Positions 1 through 9,552 of a stretch of 64,000 nucleotides of DNA are shown here, piece by piece. This stretch comes from Octopus vulgaris. Lineage: Eukaryota. The stretch lies in contig OX597815.1 of the NCBI GenBank assembly GCA_951406725.2, forward strand, positions 158,844,001 through 158,908,000. The letters are read 5' to 3'. Numbering within the stretch: the stretch's first letter is position 1; the number at the start of each line of letters is the position of its first letter. The notes below the pieces were generated by a model. The model saw only the letters and a list, made by a program, of their open reading frames with translations, was not told where the DNA came from and made no database searches. The position numbers and the translations under genes are program-made.

Positions 1-221
1 TGTGAATTCTTCGTAGGGAAGAAGAAGAAGAAGAAGGATGAGGAGAAAGGGGTGGGGGTAGAATTTGGGAGTGCCTTGATTGTCGTATTTTGAGTGGTCA
101 GTGGCGGCTAGCAGTTGCAGTTCAATTCATGAGAATATTTCTATTGAAAGGTTTGTTTATAGAATTTGCGTAGGTGTTATACTAAAAAGCATTAGTGATA
201 AAGTTAGGAAGTAGAAGGGGG

Positions 222-323
222 AGAAGAAGAAGAAGAAGAAGAAGAAGAAGAAGAAGAAGAAGAAGATGAAGAAGAAGAAGAAGAAGATGATGATGATGAT
301 AGCGATAATGATGAGGATGACGA

Positions 324-365
<42 letters not shown>

Positions 366-506
366 GTATATATATATATATATATTGGTAAATATATATA
401 TATATTGGTAAATATATGTGTGTGCATATATATGCACACGCATAAACATACATATATACATATATGTATGTATGTACGTGTATATGTATGAGTATATATA
501 TATATA
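222..506. repeat. Compound (GAA)n/(GAT)n/(TA)n microsatellite
   Basis: Directly visible. Confidence 0.95.
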
Positions 507-853
507 AGATTTATATAGTTTATGCTTACGTATCTACAATATACACGTAAGCATGTGTGTACGTGTGCGTGTAATTAACGCACATCGTTTCGTTATGCGT
601 CTGGTTAAAAAGCTTGTTGGAAATATGTTAACCAATTTCATGCTGAGCCGTTTGAATTTAATTGCGGGTACCACTTATTAGTTTAAGAAGAGTATGTATG
701 CATAGAAAATGAGTCAGAAAAATGACATTTGCGACATTAGTAAAACGTCATACAATACAAACTGCAAAGTCGCTCTAATCAGTTCTCTACTTTAAGGAGA
801 CTTATGCGCAATATTTCCTCAGCGAACATTCAGCTTGTGAGTTAAATGCAATA

Positions 854-902
<49 letters not shown>

Positions 903-957
903 TTGAGCCCTACGCTGTTGTTTTTTGAAAGAGTTCAGCTACATAATTTTTCATTAC

Positions 958-993
<36 letters not shown>

Positions 994-1395
994 GCTGAAT
1001 GAATTATCTTATTATGGATAATTCGGTTAACCGATACCTGGGTAGCAAATTCACGTCAGAAAAACATGGTTGAAGCTACATGCCTAGGGCAGAGATCACG
1101 TGCTTTCGTGTGGAAATTTGTGTGTTTTTTAAATACAAATAAATGAAAAAATGGAGTTGAACGACGAATTAACAAAATTCCTTTATTATCGCTATGGGCT
1201 CTGTGTGGGCAGTCATCTAAAAGTTTTTGTGCATCTTGATGCTGACATAAGTTCCTTTTTTTCCCGATGAGATGGCGGCATAATGCACCCCTTATTCCTT
1301 CGAAATTATATATATATATATATATATTTTATTTAATGTAGGATAAAATTTTATCAATGGCCAGCATATTAACAAATACCTTTAAAGATTAAAAT

Positions 1396-1841
1396 TATAA
1401 ACAACTTATAAATAAGGGCAAACGAAAAAATTTCTAATGCCAAATATGCTGAAAATTGGACATATTGTCCATTACCATATAATTTATCACAATACGCACA
1501 CTACTCGAAAAAAACCGACAGAAATTTCTAAAAGATTCCATTATTACCATATCGGACCGATTTCAGGGTTAGTTCGTAAGAACCCTCCCTTCGTCAGTGA
1601 TAAATGTGGTAAAGAAATAAATATTTATTTCATTTATTTCTTTACCACATTTGTCACTTACGAACTAACCCTGAAATCGGTCCGATATGGTAATAATGGA
1701 ATTTTTAGAAATTTCTGTCGGCTTTTTTTCCAGTAGCGTGCGTATTGTGATAAATTATATGGTAATGGACAATATGTCCAATTTTCGGCACATTTGGCAT
1801 TAGAAATTTTTTCGTTTGCCCTTATTTATAAGTTGTTTATA
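1396..1841. repeat. Near-perfect ~445-bp palindrome containing the hammerhead (inverted pseudo-LTR-like)
   Basis: tataaacaacttataaataagggc... at 1396 is the reverse complement of ...gcccttatttataagttgtttata ending at 1841. The 9-nt loop is at 1623-1631. The right arm lacks the 17 nt matching 1579-1595. Confidence 0.95.
1544..1603 (-). ncRNA. Type I hammerhead ribozyme motif, intact core
   Basis: Minus strand reads TTATCA-CTGACGA-AGGG AG GGTTC TTAC GAACT AA CCCT-GAAA-TCG GTC CGA-TA/TGGTAA. Stem I is TTATCA:TGGTAA (6 bp, one G-U), the core is CUGANGA and GAAA, stems II and III pair, and cleavage is predicted after AUA between 1550 and 1549. Confidence 0.75.
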
Positions 1842-1874
1842 TATATATTTATATTTTTATGTGCGTGTGTGTGT

Positions 1875-2172
1875 GCAGGTGTGGCTTTGTGGTAAGAAGC
1901 TTGCTTTTCAACCACATGGTTTCACATTCGGTCCCACTGCGCGGCACTTTGGGCTATTGCCTTTTACTATAGCTTCGGGCCGACCAAAGCTTTGTGAGTG
2001 GATTTGACAGATAGAAACTGAAGGAAGCCCGTCATATGTATGTGTGTGTGTCTTTGTGTCTTTTTCCACCACCGCATGGTGTTGGTGTGTCAGCAAAAGA
2101 AACCGATAGAATAAGTACCATATATATATATATATATTCAAATATGAATTATGAATACGTACATACAAGTAT

Positions 2173-2205
<33 letters not shown>

Positions 2206-2235
2206 CAAATATGAATTATGAATACATACATACAA

Positions 2236-2289
<54 letters not shown>

Positions 2290-2512
2290 GTGCGTGCTTT
2301 GTGCTTGTCCCCGATCTGATATTGCTTAACAACTGGTGTTGGTTTGTTTATGTTGTTGTAATATAGCAGTTCGGCCAGAGAGGTTGATATAAATACCAAA
2401 CTTTAAAAAATGAAAAATAAAAAATAAAAATATATCGAGGTCAATTTGTTCAACTGAACCCTTCGTGGAGGTTCGTAGCATGGTTGCATTCCAAAGCTCG
2501 AAACAAATGAAT
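1875..2512 (+). mobile_element. SINE family A with internal duplication
   Basis: Same head and tail as 25446; CpGs largely retained. Confidence 0.85.
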
Positions 2513-2929
2513 GCCAATAATTTAATACCTTTTAATTCACATTTTGTGCTAGTATTTCCAATTTTCTTTATACGATTTCAGTACTCATATCTATAAGCTC
2601 ACCACCGACAATCGACCAACTTTTCTCTCGCTCAACTTCATCCCACAATTCCACTTACTAGTAAGTTTTCAAATATGTGGATCTCCGTTGGTTTCTAAGA
2701 TGAATTAACGTATCTGTGGGTGAATTTTCCACAGACATGTCAACCCTTATCGTGGGGGTCACAAATTTTGGCTTTGCCCTAGGCGCCATTTGCCCTGGCT
2801 ACGCCATTGGTGGGTACTCATTTACCAGGAATAGCAGTAATTTAACCTCGCTTGCAATATATAGAAAATACAGTGTTACACAATCACTAATTTTGTAACA
2901 AGGAAACTAGTCCATTATATATATATATA

Positions 2930-3090
2930 CGACTAGCTTATTTCGGTTTCCGTCTGCCAAATTCATTCACAAAGCTTTGGTAGACCCGAGGTTATAGTAG
3001 AAGTCACTTGCCCAAGGTGTCCTGCAGTAGGACTGAACACGGAACCATGTGGTTGGGAAGTAAACTTCTTACCACACAGCCACATCTGCC
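2930..3090 (-). mobile_element. SINE family A, 5' half
   Basis: Reverse complement of the family A head. Confidence 0.85.
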
Positions 3091-3611
3091 TGTGCTAAAG
3101 TTCTTAAAAATTCTAATCCCCAAATTTTTCTCAACAAAAAGTATGTGCTGAATTTAATAGCCAATAACTCCATTTAAACTATTTTCCATTTCAATATAAA
3201 ACCTATTTTATGTTTCACTGCCCTATCCCCACCTTTGAAATCATCCAGCTCTTTAAACACACCTCCCACTACTACCAACCAAATTCTCTCTGATTTTTTA
3301 TTTTATTTTATTTTTTATTTACCAACCAAATTCTCTCTCACACAGCTTAGCGTCATAATTTCAGTTGTCATTCTTTCCCTGGTTAGTAAATCCTTAAGTA
3401 GCTCAATAAATAACTCGCAAATTCTTGCATATAACTAATTTTAACATGTATAATTATCATTCCAATTTCAATTTACCTCTAATCCAAAACTTCTTTCTCT
3501 AAGAAGTTGACAGCGTACTGCCCTTGAACGTCACCCTCGTTCTTTGCTTCGTTAATACACGATTCCTTTTCCAGTCTCGTTTACTTTGCTCGCATTAAAT
3601 TTTTACTTCAG

Positions 3612-3620
3612 TTATTATTA

Positions 3621-3679
<59 letters not shown>

Positions 3680-3680
3680 G

Positions 3681-3717
<37 letters not shown>

Positions 3718-3913
3718 CATTGAGTGAGAGAGCAGTGCATGCCATCAAAGTGACACTGGGGTAAAATATACGAAGCCCAATATACCCATCATGACTACCC
3801 GTCTGATAAGGGTACACCAGGCATATGCATCACAACCATATGTGCGCGACATGGTGATCTCATATCAAGATAAACAGCGCATGACCTTGCAGGTGGGGCC
3901 CAGTTAGAATTTT

Positions 3914-3979
<66 letters not shown>

Positions 3980-3982
3980 ATA

Positions 3983-4059
<77 letters not shown>

Positions 4060-4565
4060 CATTGAGTGAGAGAGCAGTGCATGCCATCAAAGTGACACTG
4101 GGGTAAAATATACGAAGCCCAGTATACCCATCATGACTACCCGTCTGATAAGGGTACACTAGGTACATGCATCACAACCATATGTGCGCGACATGGTGAT
4201 CTCATATCAAGGTAAACAGTGCATGACCTTGCAGGTGGGGCTCAGTTAGAATGTTCTTCAGGTCGAGTAACCCATCCCACTCAAAAGGTCCCTGAATAAG
4301 GGTTGTTTAATGATGTTGAACGAAACACCCATTTTTCCAGAGGTGAATTTTTCAAACCCCAAAGAATCCCTCTCAACACATGGCTATGATGCTCCCCCAC
4401 TACTTCTGCCTGTGATCAGAGATGCACATAACTCCAGCCACTAAAAGACATGCTCAACTGGTTAAGGTCAAACAACTGACAAGCAAATCTGTGGTATTGA
4501 GCAGAATATTTGCTGTAGCCCATCTTTTATACCAAGACAAAACAATGTACATGATGACACTTCCA
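3612..4565 (-). mobile_element. Two tandem 3' ends of a non-LTR retroelement with (AAT)n tails
   Basis: 3718-3915 is almost identical to 4059-4258, and each is preceded on the plus strand by a long (ATT)n. Confidence 0.7.
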
Positions 4566-4571
4566 TTATTA

Positions 4572-4615
<44 letters not shown>

Positions 4616-4616
4616 A

Positions 4617-5010
4617 AAGTATTTCGTCTGTCTTTATGTTCCAATTCCGCCTAGGTTGATTTTTACTTTTCATCCTTTCGGGGTCAATAAAATAAGTACC
4701 TGTCGAGCTCTCGGGTGGATGTAATAGATTAGCCTCCACCCCCAAAATTTCAGGCTTTTGCGCCAACTGTAGAAAAGACTGTCAGTATTGTCAAGATTGC
4801 AAAATGGCAGAATCGTTAATACGCCGGACAAAAAGCATTGCAGCATTTTCTTCGGCTCTCTATGTTCTGAGTGAAAATCCCACCGATGTCGACTTTGCCT
4901 TTCATCCTTTTGGGGTGGATAAAATAAGTACCAGTTGAGTACTGGGGTCGATGTAATCAACTAATTACCTCCTCCTTAAATAGCTGGCCTTGTGCAAAAA
5001 TTTGAAGCAT
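4617..5010 (+). mobile_element. SINE family B, two tandem copies
   Basis: ggcagaatcgttagc...ttctgagttcaaattc...gactttgcctttcatcctttcggggtcgataaaataagtacc motif chain. Confidence 0.8.
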
Positions 5011-5910
5011 TACTATCAATTTCTTTATTTACTCCACTTTCTATTTGTACATTATTTTATTTATATTTTTTTAATAAATATTAATAAAGACTTCAAGTTT
5101 ATTAATACCAAATTAATTGGACAGTTCTCCCTACCTCTACTCTGTTTTAATTTTCTTTAATCTCTCTCTCTCCCCAAATGCATATATATATACGCATACA
5201 TATATTCAGCAGTGTCAGCGCCAAGCAACGATTAGGCATAAGCGAACTTTAGGTTAATTAAAATATGGTTGTGACATATTTCAGCTTCTGAAGACAAATT
5301 CACTGCATTTGCCGTGGAGAACAAAATTCTCTCTTATGATAAAAAGGTGTAAAATCACCATATCTACCAAGTGTTGCCCCTTGGCGGTTACCAGACGAAG
5401 CTCTTTAGCCTTCTTCAATGGGAAATACCGAATAGAGATAACTCTGGGCAGATTCAAAACCGTAACTTTAACTAAAACATAGTCAGCAATCTTGACTGAA
5501 TCGCTCTACTAGACCGCTAGGTTTAGAGAAAACCAGCTGTATCAATACCAAACAGCTTTTAGGCATAAGCGAACTCTGGGTTAGGTAATATATGTTCGTG
5601 ACATATTTTAAATTCTAAAGGCAAATTCACTGCAGTTACCGCAAAGAAAAATATTCCCTTTTATGGTAAGAATTGCCGTTGTTTGCGTTTGTCACTATGC
5701 CCACAAACTAACGGTCTGAAAGCATTCTTCTTATACATTATAGCATAATATGAATGTGATTAAATTCGTTGAATTCACTAACCGTTTTTCTCTTCTTCAT
5801 ATAGAATTTTTCTTTGCCATTTTCATCTTGAACAGACCGGTCTCATCACCATTAAATATTTGTTTTAAAAATAGAAAACCTATTATTTTAGCAAATTTAG
5901 TTAATTTTGG

Positions 5911-6417
5911 TTCAGGTTTCATATCACTTCATCAACTTCTGTCAAGCAATTTCATATTTCATGTAGAAAGCTTCAGTTTTTAAAATGATCAAATTTTCCG
6001 TTACTGCGGGAAAAACCAAGTTGGATTTGATTGAATGTTTCACTTTAATGACGATTTGGCTTAAAATTAATATCGTACTTTGTCCTATAGCAGAAGCTGT
6101 CGATAGAAGAGCCTTTTTTTTTTGTGTTATCTTCTATCCGAAGTAACAGAGCATTAGAAAAATGATTCAGCTTTCGTATCACTTCATCAACTTCTGTCAA
6201 GCAATTTGATATTTCATGTAGAGAGCTTCGGTTTTTAAAATGATCAAATTGTCCGTTACTGCTGGAAAAGCCAAGTTGGAGTTGATTAAATGCTTAACTG
6301 TAATGACGATTTGGCTTAAAATTAATATCGTACTTTGTCCTATAGCGGAAGCTGTCGATAGGTGATCCTTTTTTGGTGTTATCTTCTATCCGAAGTAACA
6401 GAGCATTAGAAAAATGA
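5911..6417. repeat. Tandem duplication, 255-bp period, two copies
   Basis: ttcaggtttcatatcacttcatcaacttctgtcaagc at 5911 recurs at 6166; both units end gagcattagaaaaatga. Confidence 0.92.
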
Positions 6418-6467
6418 CTGAAATAAGAAATAATGAAAGCTTTTAGCAATACAGTAAGTTTTTAAAA

Positions 6468-6504
6468 CCTTTATATTTCGGCTGCAAAGGCCTATCTTCG
6501 GAAG
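6468..6504 (-). ncRNA. Possible minimal hammerhead motif (CCGAAGA core variant)
   Basis: Minus strand reads CTT-CCGAAGA-TA-GGC CTTTGCA GCC-GAAA-TA-TA/AAG. The stems are short and stem III is the palindrome ATAT. Confidence 0.35.
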
Positions 6505-6611
6505 TATAGCCAAAGAAATGTGTTTTTACATATAATCTGCCATTTTGGATAGTCCGGTGTTTGAGTTAGCAGCAGTGACTTTCCAAATGTTGGTGTATAT
6601 TTTTACCTTTT

Positions 6612-6698
6612 ATATTTTAGTTGTTTCAGTCAATAGACTGCGGCCATGCTGGAACACCTCCTTCATGAATTTTTAGTCGAATAAATCGCCCCCAGTAC

Positions 6699-6749
<51 letters not shown>

Positions 6750-6880
6750 TTTTTAGCCTGGCATTTATTCTATCGGTCTCTTGTGCCGAACTACTAAGTT
6801 ACGGGGACGTAAACACACCAACACCGGTTGTCATGCGGTGAAGAGGGCAAACACAAATACACACATATATACAACGGGCT
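6612..6880 (-). mobile_element. SINE family A, 3' half
   Basis: Reverse complement of the family A tail with an (ATT)n expansion. Confidence 0.8.
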
Positions 6881-7278
6881 TCATCATCGTAGGTGATGGA
6901 AGTTACAGTTCGCCATTTTGCACTTCGGTTTGGAATTGTTGCAATGTTTCCTACGTTCATAAAGTTATCTGAGCACAATATCATTATTCGTCTTACGTTA
7001 TAATAACGAGGCGGTCGGAATCACATGAAATGGAGAGAATGTAAGAATTTCGTGGCTTAATTCTTTTTCATTTTCCTTTCTTCTTTCCTTTCTTTTTCCT
7101 TTTTGTTTCGCTGGACATACACTATGTAGAAATAACACAACTCTCTTGAAGCGTCCCAACCAAGAAGCCTTATTAAGTGCACTCGATCTCCTGTTATTCA
7201 GAAGGTGAGTATCAGTAACGGTGTACAACCACTGAGCTGTTACTAGTCTGGCTTATAATTTTCCCCCTTTTCACACAC

Positions 7279-7309
<31 letters not shown>

Positions 7310-8518
7310 TGTATGTATGTATGTATGTATGTATGTGTGTATGTATGTATGTATGTATGTGAAGACCATAGAGAAATAACTTAAAAACTTGATTTTAGAT
7401 AATTGAATTAATTAAAGAGTGTGTTCTGAACTTCGTATGCAATATATTAAGTATATCTTAGCTTTTTCTTCTCAGTAAGAGACATCAAATTAAAACCAAT
7501 TGTTAGAGACTCCCAAGGAGAAAGAGGGTGATAATTTCAAGAAATTAATTAACTTTTCGAATTAATTTGCATACTGAGAAAAGAGTTTGATCTTTGCTAC
7601 AGGAAAGGCCTGTCAGTCTATCTTAATAAAAATATATGTATGAAATTATTTTAATTATAGTTGTGACACTAGACGACAGATAATCTTCATTCAAGTACCG
7701 GTATTCTAACATAACTTTTTAATTTCACTTTATCATTAAATTCATTCGGTACAATGTCTTGTATGTATGTTTGTGTACGAGTATGTGTGTGTGTGTGTGG
7801 AGTGTATGAACACCGATTCACAAATAAACACACACACACACATGCACACACACATACATACATACATACATACATACATACATACATACATACATACATA
7901 CATACATACATACATACATACATACCCTGTTGCTGCAGTTGAAATTCCAATGAAAGAACTTTAGCTTTAGGTTAGAGACCGGTTTTTTCTCTATTGGGCA
8001 AAAAATCTTGAAATAAACTGAATAATAACATACATACATACATACATACATACATACATACAAAATAACCATGTTGTTGATGTTGAAATTCCAATGAAGG
8101 AACCTTAGATCTAGGTTAGAAACCGATTCTTTCCCTGTTGGCATGAAATCTCGAAGTAAACTGAATAACAACATACATACATACAACCATACATATGATC
8201 TTTTTCTGTATCAGTCGAGACGAAATTTGTCTGAGCATGAAGTATAAGGTGTATTGTGGATACTTGCTAGAGACGACCCGTAGAGACGCTGAAATCTGGA
8301 TTTAGAAAGTCCAGCAATGCTGTGGAGGTTTTTCGTCTACTACTGATATACTTCTGTGCCTTTTAGGACATTAAGTCTGTAAGAAATATTTTCTTAAGAC
8401 GAATACCACAATGTTGTGGATTTGTTCAGCATATCCAATTTCATTAAAATTTACAAAATAATATTCTGAATTAAACTGCTTGCGTCGCTAATAACGGATG
8501 TGTGTGTGTGTTTATGCG

Positions 8519-8612
<94 letters not shown>

Positions 8613-8794
8613 TGGATATATATATATACATACATATATATATATGTATGTACATATGTATGTATGTGTCTGTGTGTATATATATATATATATATATATA
8701 CATATATATGCATATATATACACATATATATATATGTGTACAAGTGTAGAGACTATACTAAACAACATTGGCCCAATATTAATTATACCACAAG

Positions 8795-9005
8795 AGCGGT
8801 GAGCTAGCAGAATCGTTAGCACGTCACACTAAATGCTTAGCGGCATTTCTTCCGGATCTTAGTTTTGAGTTCAAATTCTACCGCGGTCTGCTTTACCTTT
8901 CATCTTTTGGGGAGCCGATAAAATAAATGCCAGTTAAGCACAGGGGTCGAATATAACTGACTAGCCTCCATCCCCGAAATTTCAGGCCTTGTGCCAATAT
9001 TAGAA
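8795..9005 (+). mobile_element. SINE family B
   Basis: gcggtgagctagcagaatcgttagc head through caggccttgtgcc tail. Confidence 0.85.
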
Positions 9006-9018
9006 AATAATATTTTTT

Positions 9019-9552
9019 AGGGGTGATATCAATCCCCACTTAAACCTGGATGGTTTCTTAGAACAAACTATACTGCGGTAGTTACCACGAGAGAAACTCT
9101 CATATTGGATTTTGACATAAAATCCACTCTTGTTCATATTGCTAGTGGGGAGATAAATCCCCGCAGCCTCCAGCGCCGAGACCATCAGAGCACATGATTT
9201 CGACCTTCCTTGGTCTTCTCAATGATAGACGCTCGACCGTTAGAGATAGCAATGATTCATCTCCCCGCCAGCGATAATTAGAATAATCGTGCCAGAACAG
9301 GCGCTAGTGTCACAGTGAGCAGGTGAGCTTGTTATTAGCAAGATGGGGTAGTATTAATAGCGAAGGATCGAAATCACATGATCTGGTAGTCTCGGAGCTG
9401 GAGGTGGCAGGGATTTGTCTGCCTGCAAGCGATATAAATATGAGTGTATTTTGCACCAAAAGTCAATGTGAGAGTTTCTCTCGGGGTCTCTACCGCAGTA
9501 TAGTTTGTTCTAACAGAACATCCACGTTTCAGCGGAGATAAATATTACCTCT
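9019..9552. repeat. Diverged inverted repeat, ~190-bp arms and ~150-bp spacer
   Basis: 9019-9208 is the reverse complement of 9362-9552. The ORF track shows the same thing as similar peptides on opposite strands (ESFSRGNYRSIVCS and ESFSRGLYRSIVCS). Confidence 0.88.
9182..9228 (-). ncRNA. Decayed type I hammerhead ribozyme motif
   Basis: Minus strand reads CTATCA-TTGAGAA-GACC AAGGAA GGTC-GAAA-TCA TG TGC-TC/TGATGG. Stem I is 6 bp and stem II is a perfect 4 bp; the core has two substitutions. The other arm keeps a perfect stem III (GAAA TCA CA TGA TC). Confidence 0.55.

Noticed and set aside
157-461. ORFs rich in YI, HT, CV, poly-S/F/L/N here and throughout the track
   Set aside because: Translations of stop-free microsatellites; no coding evidence.
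1437-1736. 99-aa ORF
   Set aside because: Lies wholly inside the palindrome and resembles no protein I recognise.
8262-8310. cta-GAGACGA...GAAA-tctgga-TT-tag hammerhead candidate
   Set aside because: Two core mismatches, 3-bp stem I and poor stem II closure; compatible with chance.
9000-9541. Two similar peptides on opposite strands suggesting paralogous genes
   Set aside because: Explained by the inverted repeat; no splice signals or recognisable domain.
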